Source: Paraspadella gotoi
Taxonomy: Eukaryota; Animalia; Chaetognatha
NCBI GenBank assembly: GCA_051294375.1
Contig: CM119271.1
Coordinates: forward strand, 9,758,291-9,822,290
DNA: 64,000 nucleotides
Direction of reading: 5' to 3'
Each line of letters starts with the position of its first letter. The stretch's first letter is position 1. Positions 22,300-36,709 of this stretch are shown in pieces. Below the pieces are notes generated by a model, which had not been told where the DNA came from, did not search any database, and was given only the letters and a program-made list of their open reading frames with translations. The position numbers and the translations under genes are program-made.

Positions 22300-23900
22300 A
22301 GAAATAAAAAGGATGAATGTTGTATATCGACGAAAAAAAGTAAAGCTCTCTCTCGGTAACCATGTGAAATGCAAGTTTTTTAAATCTCAAACGCCATAAA
22401 TCCCGCTCATGTTTTGTAATTTATTTGTCAGTAGTCCGAAAATATCCTCATGAGTCTTAAGGCTTGAAAGCGAAAAAATCCAACGATCGCCAAAATAATA
22501 CAAATCACGTAAAGTATTTCGGTCTTACTTTAAAGTCGGCGAAAAAAACATTCGTTTTACAAAACTAATAGACAAGAATAAAAATTACACGAAGCAAAAT
22601 TAAAGAAACTTTCTTCAAATAAAAAAGATTTTGCGTTTTTTCCGCCTACATTATGTCTTACAAATCAATCACATCGACCAAAAACTTTTACCCATAGATT
22701 TCTAACCAAAATTTCAGCCCATATAAATTATCATAAAAAATCAAGGAGAAAAAAAACATTAGTTAGCCCTTATTGAACATTAGCGTTTTTTTTACAAAAT
22801 AGATATCAGCATGTTTTAAAGCGAATGTTGAATTAATAAATAAACGTTTGAAATTATCAATAACGACTGATATAAAATAGCCTGGTCTCCACTATCCTTT
22901 CATATCACTGTTTAGAATTATGGTCGAATGTTCGAGGAAACAAAAATTCTTTTATTCTAACAGTTCGTGAATATACAATCTGAAGAATTCTTTTTTTTAA
23001 CATAATACACATTCAATCAGTTTTGCAAATATATATTTGAAATATAAAGTTATTATATGACACCGTACAAAGTAAAAAGAAATTATGTTGAAATAACCAC
23101 TTAGCATACATTATTGTTTCCAAAAATTAAAAAAATAGCATTGTAAAGACAGCAGTTAAAATATTTTCTATGAAGAAGCATTATTAAAGAATTTTTCTAT
23201 CGATTAAAATCACTCTCAGAAACTATAGTTACCGATATTATTGCATGAAGATATAACATCGTCTACAATAATTCAAGTGATGACCGTATGTCATTCCGCC
23301 GTCCATTTTACTAATTATTCCATCAGTGGAAAAGACACTGATCCTTGAAATCAAAGCGTCGAAAAAAAGGAACGTTTTCTTCTTTTAGGGGAGGGATAAA
23401 TTTGAAATATCTGTCGATAGCCGAGTAACAGTCGGTAATTTGTAACTTTAAGTTGACTAATTCCCCATATTTTTCAATCACATACGGATTAAAGTCGGCT
23501 TACGTCAGTTAAGTAAAATGCAAAATGTTATGTTAATGAATTAATTAATTGATCAGCAAAAACAATATTATGATTTTTTCGCTATTTGCTCTTAAAACTT
23601 TTAATCGCAAAATAGTTTTATTATGTCTAATACTCTTGATAGATCCGCAATATAAATGGCGTAAAATTTATCCAGCGCAAAAATTCAAAACAAGATGAGT
23701 AAGTTAAGTTCAAAAAAAAAAATCCAAATGTTTCTTGAATGATACTCCAATAGAATGACAAAGATTAATACCAACACCCATGTTGTTTTTGAACTGAATG
23801 GTCTTATATTCTCGTCTTTCAATGGCAGCTTTAGCAAAACTATGCCAGATATTATGGATAACCATGCTAGAATTCCCAATAGCAGTTGAACTTTCTCTTT
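22300..23900 (-). mobile_element. Highly decayed Penelope-like reverse transcriptase remnant
   Basis: Minus-strand translation near 23430-23260 gives AIDRYFKFIPPLKEENVPFF/DALISR…TYGHHLNY, matching the PLE RT motif IKFT.E.E.N..LPFLD.LI.R…TG..LNY. Upstream, CFEF…KFY and NI..SFAKAAIE occur in the expected order. Many stops and frameshifts. Confidence 0.45.
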
Positions 23901-25959
23901 CGATTACAGATTTATCTTTGACGAAATTGACGACAATGTGACAACTATTATTGTGAAATCATTGTTCCATTCCAATGTTTTTTTAAAAACTCTAATAATG
24001 CTAGGTGAAGAGTTGATAGCAATATCTTAAATGAAAAGGACAAATACTAAATTGAACATGAATATTACCACAAATTTTATTTATTACTTTTCGTCTTACG
24101 TAATTAAGCGTTTGTCTAAACTTTGAATCGCTATTTGCTACCTTAGATATATTCATTTCACCATTATTCTTTCAATATATTCTTATATTTAATTATTTCT
24201 CTATACAAATATATTATGAAAATCATAATAATCATATTCAAAAGTTCTAAAAAAAATTAAAACTTGAAAAGATTTTCTTTACTGATTTTTTTTAAAGAAT
24301 AAGGGCTGAGAAAAGATATATGAATTTTTTAACTTATTTTCCCAAATGATATAGAAAAAAGAATATATATATCAAAAATAAGACTTATTATCGGGAATTC
24401 AAATTATGTCTTTATTCTTTTATACCCCCCCGCTTGTCTTTGTCCCCTTAAAAAGTTACTATTTACATTATTCTTTCGCTATTTGGTATTATTAGTTATC
24501 TACGATTAAACAAACATTATTCAAACAATTTTATAGCTGAAACTAGGAAAAATAGACGTGAAAAAACATCAAGAAACGGTTTAAACCAGACCCGTATATT
24601 CCATGGCTGCTAGAAGGGTATAAAAGTTATGGATTAAACTTCAACCCACTTAGCCCTATATCTTATAACCTAAAGAAATTCAATGTAGAAGTTTAATACA
24701 TCGAGAGATCTTCACTTAAAATGTGATAATTTATTATACTGAGCTGTCAATAATCTTAGTATTGACCCACAACAAAACCTCAGTCTGTGTCCAGCATGCC
24801 ACTCTTACTGTCGCAGTTGTCTGAACATTAGTTGTTTGATAATTTCACCAAAAACATGTAAAGTTAAGTAGAAACCGAGATTCATTATATTGAATTTTAA
24901 ATGACTCATATGTAATAGACTGAATTAAATAAAAAATATGTTTAATGCTAAAAAAATATAAATAAAAAAATGCATAAGAAATATAAAGCTTGTGTGCACT
25001 TGTTTCTTTTCCTAATTTAAGAAAAAATAAATATCTAACAATATATTATTTTACTTGAATGTACTAACTTCTAATGGGAACAGAAAACACCTACTCTGTC
25101 TAGAAGATCTACAAGACAAAGTAAAAATGTCCAAACCAAATGATTCAAGTCCGCAGGTTCAAAAAATCACAAATTGACTTTTTTTTCAACAGAAGGGAAG
25201 TGTATTTGTAAGCGACTGCAAAAAAAACTTGCTCCCACGAATCGTCGACAAAAGGTGAGTGAAGATGAAAATAGCGAATAGAGAGAACGACGGTGTTGGT
25301 GATACGCCTTGGAATTTAGTTTGAGTTGAAAATCTCTCAGTCGGAACAAGGCCAGTTATTAAACAACGAAATGGACTAGATTAACACCAGTGGACATTTG
25401 GTGACAATTTAAACATAGATTATGCAGAAGAATGTTTCTTAAGTAAACGTTGAATGCCAAATTTACAATCATTTCTAATTCATTACACACGTAATCCCAT
25501 TTATTATCTAAATTTACATCTTCAAACTATTAATATAAATTTGATACGAGAACATATAATTTAAAAAATATTGAACAATATAACGGGAATAAGAGACAGG
25601 TGAAGGAAGAAGAGAATTGAAAAAGACTGGAGAAATGGAGAAGGAGAGAAGAGAGAAGGAGAAGATAAGTAACGTACAGAAGGGGGAGACGGGAAGGGAA
25701 GAAAGAAATCAGAAAGAAACTTTGGAAGAATAAAGGAGGAGGAGGAAGAGTGAAAGAGGAAGATAATAATTTAATAAGGGGGAAAGGAGTAGAAGAGGAA
25801 GAGGAGAAAATTTTTTTGATATTTATAAATTACAGAAAGTCTTACAAAACAAAATGAACCCAATATATGGCATTAAAAATCCACATAGCAATTCTAAAGT
25901 ATCTCATAAAATTATTGACATTAAACAATCGCGAGTGACGCCAATTGTATTTAACATTT

Positions 25960-26140
25960 AACTTGGATCAATTTATCCATATTTTTTCATTATTCCCGCC
26001 TCCCAAACAAACAAATAATCCAGGGCAATCTCCTCTGTCATGGCTGTTTTGGATTCATCCAAGGACGCCATGCCATCTTGCAAGCCGACGCCTTTCCCGG
26101 ATTGCCCTTAGAGTGGAGCACTCAAGAACAAAAAATATTT
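25960..26140 (+). mobile_element. Possible Ty3/gypsy integrase zinc-binding remnant
   Basis: Stitched across frames it reads IIPASQT.QIIQ…SSVMA..FG..RT…LA…FPGL, like the IP…H…GH.G..RT…WPG pattern. Several frameshifts are required. Confidence 0.25.
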
Positions 26141-26699
26141 GAATGATCGAACAAATGACATTTTAGATGGAGATAGTATGATTAACTAGACAAATAAATT
26201 TTGTTCATATATTATCTCGGGACAAATAGTAAAAAATTTGATATATTTGTATAATATCTTATTAAAAATAGAAATTTAATATTTTTATAAAAAATTAATA
26301 AAAGATTCAGATTCTCATAAAAAGTTGAATTAAAAAATAGAAAATGTATCAAAAATTCTTCTTTCTTTGTTAATAAGAAAGGTGAAAACTTTTCCTGATT
26401 TTTTTATTCTCTAGTAGAAAATCTTTGTTTTTTTTTTTTTAAAACTTTAGTCATTTTGTTGATAACATTAAATATCGTAATCATTTATAAGTTTCTAGTT
26501 TTTCAGGAATCCAATCAGTTTTTTAATTAAAAAAAAATTTATTTTTGAATTTGACGATTTTAAGATATACAATTTAAATATTGATTCTTTCTTATGCTTA
26601 AATTTTAAAAGGATTTAATATTCATTATTATTGTCCATAGCAGCAAAAAATATGTTCAACACTAAACTTTTCATCACTCACCCTATTGCCCTCTCACGG

Positions 26700-28400
26700 T
26701 CCTGGCACTCTGCTCCCATCACCTGGCCGCAACAGATCCAGTTGACCAACGTCTTTCGTCTGCGTCTTTTTGCGATTGTTTCAAAATGTTGCCGAAAACA
26801 AAAGTTTTGAGCGAGATAGAAGACGTCGACGAAGAGAAGAGATGCATGGAGGGCGACGTCGCGTTCAAAAAAAAAATAACAAACAACAACACAATGTGTT
26901 TGAAATGGAGACAATATAATGATTGAACTGGATAAAAATAATTAAACATCTACCATAAAATAAACAAACACTGATGAGTACCAAAACATCTCGTAGTGAT
27001 ACCTTTCATCACATTGTTTCGAAATCAGCTTCGTCATTATATGCGCTCCTTTTTGCCACCTGCTACCCCGCTACACACGGCTCTGCTGTGCTGGTTTAAT
27101 GAACACATCTGCCATCGAGGAACCGAAGTCGGCATTTTTTGTGTTCTAATTACCTTCTTTCTCAAAAAACTTTGTCAAGCTGGTCGACACCTGTCATCCT
27201 GGTCGCTCCATGCCTGTTATTAGATCGGGTAAAATAAGATCATAATAATAAAAGATCATAGTTTCTGTAGCCAGGACCATGCCTAGTATATTGGCCAATG
27301 CAATCTATTCAAGTCGGCACCGGCACGTCCCAGCGAAGGCAGCAGAGGCTGTGATTATGATTAATTATTCCAATGATTGACAATTAGTAACGATAAAAGT
27401 AAAATAAGAAATAGAGATAAATAAGTGGTTTGCGTAAATTTACATAACTTTATGCTATTTGTATTGCTACTTGGAAAGGGACGGAACAACAGGACAAAAT
27501 GTTGTTCAAAAGATTTGCAACTCACAACTGTTATTATCGCATCTACTTTTTCAAGTAAATCGCAGGTACTGTGGTGTATTTCACACAACCTCACGGCCAG
27601 CACCTTGGCTCAGAGGGAACTCACTCCCAGGCGTTGGATTCCACATTCCTAACGATCTCTCTGCGTTGGCAAAGCGAGACCGTCCTAGGTACCGCGCCAT
27701 GACTGATGCGTTCACTGAGGTCGAAAGCCCCAAGCCACAGGCAGATTCCCAATAGCATCACAGGCAACTGCTTGCCATAGTACTCGATTCGTATTTATAC
27801 CTTCTTTCGTTCTTCTTAGCGGCAAACGTTTTACTTGGTTTAATATACCTGCTCAATAATTCTTTCCCCTCTCGCGAATGATTTTACCTTACTTGTATGG
27901 TGTCCTCATGCTGCTTCAGAATTAATTTTAATTTTTCTGTATTTGATGAATGCATCAAAGACTTTTATTTTAACTCTCTCGAAAATTTGAACGGATCGGG
28001 GAGGTCGGCGCGAACACAGTAGGAAGGAAATCAACCAATGAAAATTATCCATTCCATTGATAAATAAGCCCTCTTGCCCTTGACTTTGACAGGCCTTGTA
28101 GCTTTAAGGGCCTCCTCACTCTTACATGATACTGACACGCAGGTCCCTGCAGCTTTAAATTAAGACTCTTCGTATATTTAAAGATATATAATCAATGAGA
28201 ATTCTCTGTGTTTTTCTGTGCTCTGTGGGAGAAGGCATGGCTTGTCTTGGTGGTTCGAAGGTTCTATTGGGATGTCGAGAAATGCCGGGTGTGGATTCCT
28301 TTTCCGCGCGAAAATGGTGCCCGATTGTAGTGATTCGCCAGCCTGTTCTTCTTTTGCTATTTGCGATAGTAGCGTTGCTTGTCTGCTTTGTCGAAGCTTC
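26700..28400 (-). mobile_element. Decayed Ty3/gypsy integrase region
   Basis: Ordered motif remnants: TLLSQIAKEEQAGESLQ (~28370), VSIM.E…GMDNFI (~28130), LWQAVACDAIGNLPVAWGF / SRFANAE / RNVESN (rve core start, ~27785-27630), KQSQKDADERR…L.PGD (~26780-26715). Confidence 0.5.
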
Positions 28401-28464
28401 CTTGGCTCGGTCTCTCTTCCTTCGCTGGGGATTTGGCCTGTTTGTTCGCGGTCCTCGATTGGAG

Positions 28465-28570
28465 GGAACGGCAGTCAGGAAAACGACCCAGGTCAGGGAA
28501 GACGGTCACAGGTCAGGGTCAGGTCGAGTCAGGGAACGCAGAGTCAGGGAGACTGCAAGTCAGGAACGAA
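28465..28570. repeat. Degenerate gtcaggga minisatellite
   Basis: About seven gtcagg(g)-containing units in ~100 bp. Confidence 0.7.
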
Positions 28571-28828
28571 AGGGCGGTCGGTCGATCGGTTCAGACGATT
28601 CGGCAGTTTAACAGCATGTAATCGGCAGGCGGGAGGACAGGGCGCAGAGGAGAGCTGCCGCGCGCTCGTCAACCTCCGCTTCGCAGACAGCCATTATCGT
28701 TGGCGCGATTTACTTTTGTTTCGCGAAAGTTGATAGATATACTATTCTGAACAATAATCATTATTTTTAAAATCATTGCAATAAAGTCCTTATCTCAGTC
28801 AATGAATTGACAACATCTCTCTTTCTCT

Positions 28829-28870
<42 letters not shown>

Positions 28871-31054
28871 CTCTTTTATCTCTTTCTCTTCTAATCTCAT
28901 CTACTCTCTCCTCTTTTTTTTCTAGTACTAGAGAGGTTCATAGGAATGCCGAGCATTCGGTATATGTATAATGAATTATAACTAGCGCTGAGAGTTTCAA
29001 AGTCCATTAATTCGATTTAATCGAAAATTCCAGATATTTCTCCCCTCTCCCCTTCTCTTTCTTCGTTTCTCTCTTTTTCTTTTCTCTTCTCTCTACTCTC
29101 TCTCTCTCTCTCTCGCTCTCTTCTCTGTGTTGGTGGTATAGGTTACTTTGGTTCATTACACTATTAATATCTATCTATCTCTCATTCTTCTTCATTCGTT
29201 CGTAATGAGAAACAATAAAATACAGCACTAACAATTTTCACCATCATCAACGCAACTATATTTTACGAACGTCAATACACAACATAAATAAAAACAGGAG
29301 AACCGAATTGTCATCACAAACTCACGACGAAATCAATTCTCCTTCAGGGTGGTAAACTCTCACTACGGCGCCACTAGTCAACGCCACCGACCGTTTTTTG
29401 ACGTCACAAAATAGAGGAAAAAAAAAATTAGTGGGCCGGCCGAGTTAAACTAAGAATATATTAACGGCGTCTACGGATAATAACCTCGTGAAAGTGAAAT
29501 TTTTTCCGTCGTCGAATCCCGGAATGTTCACTTCGAGCGGTAAAGGTTCGTCCGTGACCAAGCGATAATTTCGGGAAGCCTTTCGGGTTTTAACGAAAAT
29601 TTAAAAGATCGGTTTTACGAATTTAAAAAAATGAATGTTAGAGTTGATTGAACTTAAGAAAGAAATGGGACCTTTTCGAGGGACCCCATTTCTGTTCGTT
29701 TTATCCTAAGATGTATTTTTTACTTTAAATTTTAATTAAATAATCCTTGAACCTTATAACTTAATTCTTGTATCCCTAACCTAAATCCTAACCCGAAACC
29801 ATGCCTGAGATCCTCTATCAGTCGCTATCGTTTCTTAACCTAGTCCAGAATACCGACCGACAGACGACCGATAAAGTACGTTACTCGCGGCGCTACTAAA
29901 TACGTGAGAGTCAAAAGATTAAAGGTTCTCCCTCACAAGATTCACGAATCTTTTTCACTTAAATCAGCTTTTCTCACATTCCACTTGTCTATTTTAGTCG
30001 CTAATTCATCACTGAAGCTTGGATGGTTGATGCGCGCCACGATCCAAACGTTTCCTGCCGCCGACAGGTATTCGCACTTTCTATTCTTTGACCAATGAAA
30101 AGACTGTGAGTTGCAAACCTGATTTTCTGAACATCACAACGTTTTTTTCAGGAGCCTCAATTTTCACTCTCCTCTCTCACCGCATGCCTTCAAGTATTTC
30201 CTGCTTCTTGTTGAAACGTCTTTATTCGATTAGAGGAGGAGGGAAGAGGAGAGAGAAGAGAGAAGGAGAGAGAGAGAGAGAGGAGGAGAGAGAGAGAGAG
30301 AGAGAGAGAGAGGGAAGACGGCCTCCGACTCGGGGAAGCGATTTGGATTTTTTTTTATTGGAAGACCGAATTAAAGACGGACGTATTTGCTAGTCTTTCG
30401 TTTAATTGGGCGGAGGGTGAGAAGAGATGGAGAGATTGGCGGGAGAGAGAGAGAGGAGAGTGAGAAGAGGAGAGAGAGGAATGAGAGAGAAGAGGAGAGA
30501 GGAGGGAAGAGAGAGAGAGAGAGAGATCGAGCGGCGATCAAGTTTCCGTTTTCTCACGTTGTTTTTGATCGTCGGGAATAAAAAGTATGCATGATTTTAT
30601 CAGTATGATTGATTTGTAAAATTTCGAAAATATTATTAATTTGTAAATATGTTAAAAAAAAATTAAAATTGCAGATTTAAAAAAATAAAAAATAAATGAC
30701 ATGAAGTTTAACTCAGCATTCTTAAATAACTAGATATTAATAAAAATTTATATTTAAATCTTTTAAATTAATACCAAAATTAATATTTTTCCCGATGTGA
30801 TCCACATCGCGTGTCTTCTCGGACTCTATCTCCCATCGGACGTCTCTTCTATCTTTCTTCGATGCGCTCATCGTGAAATGAGAATTTCACAAAACGTATT
30901 TGTTTTTCAACTGTTTTTTTTTATAAATAAGAAAAATAGTCGAAAAAAAACAGTAATAGAAAGTTTAAAGGCATTTTGACGCAACTTTCTTAATATTGGC
31001 AATTTTCGGTATCGAAATCGGTTCAGTAGAGTACTTCCATCGGCAAAGAAAACA

Positions 31055-31584
31055 GTTTTTTGAGCAAACAATTCGGGATTGCTACGATATTAATTAATTA
31101 ATTTGATTAAGTTAATTAATTAATATAGTAAATTAAGAATTAATAGATTAATTAATTAATTAATTAATAGATTAATTATTTTTATTATCCAGCTTGTCAT
31201 CATCGATTGTCCTTAAATTGAGTCAGACGTTATTAAATGGTTTGTTCATTTTTCAAAAAAACAATATCTCTATTATTTCGGCCAGGCGGGCAAGCCCGTC
31301 CTGTCTAGATTTTTTTCGGTTTGCTTTCTGTCCTCGTTTTTGCAATGCATGGCTTCTGAAAGTTGTGATATCATGGGAGTTGAAGTTCATATAGATGGGC
31401 TTCTATCTCAAGTCTTTAAATTCTCATGTTCTAATCAATATTGGTATTGTTATGTTTTATTTACAAACAAAACGTTTTAATTATATGTCGCTCTCTCTCT
31501 CTCTCTCTTGCTCTTTTTCTCCTCACTTGCTTCTTCGAAAAACGAAGTTCGCGGCTCTGCAGCGTCTGTCCAGCTTCTTTCTCT

Positions 31585-31638
<54 letters not shown>

Positions 31639-31950
31639 CAAAAATTGTTTTAGATATAATGTGGGTTCACTAATGTAAAAACATGCCGAACAGGGCGCAA
31701 CCCGGGGTCCTTTGGTAGAGAATAGGTGACTCACGCTTGACGTGCAGGCGCCATAAGTACTGCTGATTCTACGAGTAAAGTGATAGGCTTCTCTCTCTCT
31801 CTCTCTTTTAATTCATTATAATTATCGTCTTTCTACTGTATTTCTCTTGCACGCTGTCTCTCTCTACTATTCTCTCGTCTACTCGTCTGTCTCTTGTCTT
31901 TCTGTCATGTGTCTTCCCATCTGTTCCGGATCTTTTGCAAGTGAATCGTT
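31055..31950 (+). repeat. Second copy of the 7770-8710 dispersed repeat
   Basis: Colinear matches as listed for 7770-8710. This copy is not followed by the LTR/env insertion. Confidence 0.9.
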
Positions 31951-32185
31951 TGTTTTTGAAAAATTCTGATTATTTTTCCTTCTAAAACTTATTTATTATT
32001 GCATTTTATTCCGACGCCTTTGTCTTCAATACAAAATCCCATATTTTTCATCCGAGATTTTCGTGGATTTTTTTCTTTTTTCATTTCTCTCTCTCTGGTC
32101 ATCTCTCCTCTCTTTCTCTCTCTTCTTTCTCTCTCTCTCTTTCTCCCTCTCTCTCTTTCACTTCTATCAGCATTTTCTTTTTTAT

Positions 32186-32400
32186 TGACTATCATCGCGA
32201 ATCAATGAATGACAATCATCGCATCATGAATGACAATCATCGCAATCACTGAATGACTATCATCACAGCAGTGAATGACTATCATCGCGATTCAATAAGT
32301 TGATTCATCATCGAATCATAATCAATTCCTATTACTCAATAATTTACTATTACATCAATCAATTAGTATTACCTCAACAAGTACTATTTACATCAACAAT
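32186..32400. repeat. ~23 bp minisatellite followed by ~19 bp units
   Basis: tgac(t/a)atcatcgc…tgaa occurs about 5 times, then ttac.tcaa… units follow. Confidence 0.85.
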
Positions 32401-32594
32401 TCGTTTATCGCATGGATTCATTGTTTTTTTTCCCGTTTTTTCATTAAGTTTTCTATGATGTGGGCTCTGGCTCGATTTGAGTCTTTTTAGATTTTTTTAT
32501 TTTAGTCTCCTTCTCTCTCTCTCTCTCACTGCTCTCTCTTCTCTCTCACTCTCTCTCTCTCTTCACTCTCTTTTCTCTCTCTCTCTTCGCTCTT

Positions 32595-33770
32595 GTTATC
32601 GCAATAGCGACGGTCCTTATGCTTTAAAGTTTTTTTAACTTTGCATTCATTTTTTCAACATTGTCATAATGGGTTTCAACTTGCATTCCGTAAAACTTTA
32701 ATCTAGCTTCTTCACTCATTCCTACCGGCTACAAAATTTCATCTTCAATCTATCCATGGAGCCGTTAAATAAATAAAATTAAAAGATTAAGAAAGTGACT
32801 CATATTTTTTCATTTAAACTCATTTCACTTGGTACTTTCACTGAAACTTGGTATATCAGGCTTCGTCATACGTTTTCCTACCACACAAAATTTAACTCAA
32901 TCCTATCCCATCCAATTATGATTTATTGGAGTTATTTATTGGTTAAATAAGTAAAAGATTTTAGTAAATGACTATGTTTTTTCCATTTAACTAATTTCCA
33001 CCACACGATTTCATTCAAAAATTTATATCCAGCTTTTAATCACACACTTGTCCTACCCACACACAAAAATTTTAATTTTCCAATCCAACCAGCCAATACG
33101 GTTATTGGAGCTTTTTGCTAAGATGGGACGGAATGGACGGATTGATTGACTAATAATTAATTATTATTAATTTATTTACTAATTATTAATATAACTGTAA
33201 TATTGTTTATTAATACATCTGCAATACATTTATATAAAAGGAAAAGAACATAATCCAATTAGTAAAACAGGTTTTTTGTTTTTTTCCATTAAACTATTTC
33301 ACTCAAACTATTCCATCGAACTTGCATTTCCTGTCAATCACACTTTCCTACCACATACAAAATTCCAGGTCAATCAGCCCCATCCACTCATGAGCAATTG
33401 GTGTTCAAATATGTCATATATTTTTTTTGTTTTTTCCATTTAAACTCATTTCCACTCGACGATCCATCGAAACTTACATATCAGGCTCAATCACACACTT
33501 TACCTATCCACACACAAAATTCATTAAATCCATCCATCTAATCCCGATAATTGGTGTTTTGCTAAGGTATGGGACGGCGACGGACGACGGACGGACGACA
33601 GACAGAACGGACGGACGGACTATTTTTTGTTTAATTTATCATAATTCGAGATTCTAATGATATAAGTTGTGCCCACAATATTGAGGGGGCGGACCGACGG
33701 ACGAAAGTGAGTTATAAAAAGTGGAGTTATAGAGTTCGGCATCTGCTGCATAAGCAGATCCGACTAAAAA
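32595..33770 (-). mobile_element. DINE-1/Helentron-like non-autonomous element with internal ~150-170 bp tandem units
   Basis: Repeated units tttttccatttaaactcatttc…tttcctaccacacaaaattt…tcaatcc at ~32805, 32975, 33280 and 33430. (GACG)n microsatellites at 33125 and 33570. Terminal hairpin gttcggcatctgctgcataagcagatccgac followed by taaaaa. Confidence 0.6.
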
Positions 33771-33849
33771 GGGTAAGGAGAGGATTTGAAGATTTGAAGT
33801 CTTTAAAAGTTGAAAAGATCTACGTCACTCTTCTTCTTTCCTCTTCTTT

Positions 33850-34860
33850 CTCTACTTCTTCTTCTGAAAGTTAGTGGAACGGGTAGGGAATGGCGAAGGA
33901 GAAGGGGGAATTGGAAAAGGAGAGAAGAGGAAGTTTTAAATGGTGATCGAATGAAGGAAAAAAGAGGAAAGAAAAACTAGGGGGAGTTGAAGGGTGGGAA
34001 GGGAATGGATGTGGATGGGGGATCGGGGGAGGGAAAGGAAAAAAGGAAAGTGGAAAGTGAGAGAGACAGAAAAGAGGAGAGTGTAGGGAGAGGGGGGAAT
34101 GGAAAGGAAAAAAGGGGAATGGAAAGGAGAGAGAAAGAACGAAGGGAGAGTAGGATTAGAGAAGTGGATAGAAAAAAATGGGATGGGAAAGGGGATGAGG
34201 AAGGGAAAGAGGGAGTGTAGAGAAGGGGGAAGTGGAAGAGGCAGAGAAAGGGAAAAGAAGAAAGTGGTGAGATAAAGGGGAAGTGGAAACAGGGAGAGAG
34301 AGGAAGAGGGAGAGGGTAGGGAGAGAGGGAAGTAGAAAGGAAGAAGAGTGGTTTAGAGAGGGGGAAGTGGGAAAGTGGGAGAGAGGAAAGGGAAAAGGAG
34401 AGTGGTAGGAGAGAGGAAGGAAGTAGAAGGAAAGAGAAGCGCGATCGTTCTGAGAATTTTAAAAGAAGATTAGGTCAATTGAGAGAAAGGAGAAGAAAGA
34501 AAAAGGAAGAAACAAGGAACAAAAAAAAGAGAAAGAAAAGAAGAGGGAAAGGGCCCGAGATGAGAGGAAAAGAAGAAGCAGCAAGGAGAAAGATACGAAA
34601 GGGGAGAAAAAGCATGGAGAAAGATAGCAAGAAGATGTGGTAAAAATCGGAAAAAAGCGAGTGTTTGGTCGGAGAGAATTGATTTTTCAAAGAGTAGAAA
34701 ACCATGGACAATAGAAGCAGAAAGGCATATTTAGGGAGGAAAGAGGGAGGCATGGGAAAGAGAGAAAAAGCATGGGAAGGGAGAGAGGAACATGAAGGAG
34801 AGAGAAAGACGGGATGGGAAGGAGATAATATGGGAGGGAGAGAAAGTATTGGTGGAAACA
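33850..34860 (+). repeat. Purine-rich low-complexity tract
   Basis: Almost pure A/G with recurring gggagagagg/aagtggaaa units. Confidence 0.85.
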
Positions 34861-36709
34861 GTGTGAAACACTTCAGTGAGATAAGTGAGGGTGCTTAAAT
34901 CCAATGCTCTTGCCTATATTTTAACGTAGCATAGAGATAATTTTATATTTGTATTACGTGAGAAGGGAACAAATGAAAAGAAAGGGAAACAAAATACAGG
35001 AGGTGTTAGAGCGTATATTGGGGAAATATGGATTACTTCAGTTTTAAGCAGGTAAAAATTATTAGTTAATATCAAATTAAATGATCGATTGATGCACAAC
35101 TACATTAAATTTGGAAATAAAATAAATAATAGAAAAACAGCTTAGTTTCTCTTTGTTTGTTGTTTCTCCTAAAATGTTTGACCGTGTTCTTTTTTGATGA
35201 AGATTTGTTGTTTTTACTCAAAGTTGATTGTTTATTCTTTTATAATCTTTTGGAATTGTTTTGCTTCAAAAATTGTGTTAAAGAGCGAGATTGATCATTC
35301 AATGTTTTGTTAAACACGCATCTTATTTTGACTTTTTCTGCAGCTCCACTCAGGAACTTCCTTTTGTGAGCAGATCGAAAAACTCAAAGCGAAACTCCCT
35401 GTCTCCCAGGCCAACAACACAAAACAGACAGCCAAGCGGATCGGGATAGCCGAGACGCTCGGGTTTCTCGGATGCCCGCGAAAAGAAAGAAGAGTCCCGG
35501 GTGGCGGCGAGATGAGGCGCGAAGAAACAGTGAACTAATTGACAACAAGAATTGTGTTGTGGGATTTCCGTTTTTATTTGAGACGAGAGGGGATCGCGGT
35601 TATGGGGTCAGGGGTCAGTAGGAGGTGGCTGGAGAATGGAGAGAGAAGAGGAGAGGGATGTTAAAAAAAGGAGGAGAGAGAGAAGACGTAATGTTTTTGT
35701 TAGAAAGTGGATGTGATGAGATGTACAGAATGTAAGAAAAACATGGAGATGATGTTTGTACTAGTTGTTGAACTCAGGCCGCATTTGTTTGTGTGNNNNN
35801 NNNNNNNNNNNNNNNNNNNNNNNNNNNNNNNNNNNNNNNNNNNNNNNNNNNNNNNNNNNNNNNNNNNNNNNNNNNNNNNNNNNNNNNNNNNNNNNTAACG
35901 ACGCTATTAACGTCTTCCATCTTCGTATTTATCTCAATCGTGATTGGCTAAGAGGAGTCAGCTGATTCCCTGATCTGAATGTGTTGACAAGAGACCGCGC
36001 CCGATTACGTATCGTGATTGCCGAGAGGAGACAGCCACCATAACTCTAATCTCGATAGCAGCTCCCACGCCAAATGTTCGCTTGACTTATCTCTTAACCC
36101 AATTCTTCCCCCCCCTTTCCTCTCCTTCTTGTCTTCTCTCTCCCAGACGGCCTATTTTTCCTATCTTATCTGTGATTTTCTTTGATCGCATTTTTTTTTT
36201 ACTTTGTTCGTAGCTTTAAATTTCTTTGTTTGTACTTAAGGCTGTATCTTTCTTCCTTGCATTCTTTAAGTACTTATTATTCGTTATTTGTTCTTTATTT
36301 GTACTTTGTTTGTATTATTGGTTCTTTTTCGATTAATATACGCTCTTTTATTTCTCGGTCTTTACAGTCGTTTCTCGGTATTTCATTGTTGTTTTTTTTT
36401 GTTTTTTAAATTTCGTTTTCTAAAAATAATCTAGGATTTTTTGTTAGGAGGGAATCGGTTAACAAAACAACCGTCATAACCATAAACGTAGTTTCCTATG
36501 AAAGACAGAGGAGAGAGAGGATGAGAGAGATTTCGCCCATAGCTTCGACTGCGACGTTCAGATGTCACCCTTTTCCCGCTTCCTTGTATAAATTAGTTTT
36601 TTTTCCTATTCCATGATTGAATTTTAAACTGTCGATTTTGTATGTTTTATGTTGATATTTAAAGAGACAGTAATTATTTGATAATTGTTAAGGACAGAAC
36701 CGTTCAATG

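Noticed and set aside
24760-24850. CPACHSYCRSC furin-like or zinc-finger motif
   Set aside because: Isolated short frame flanked by stops, with no convincing exon borders.
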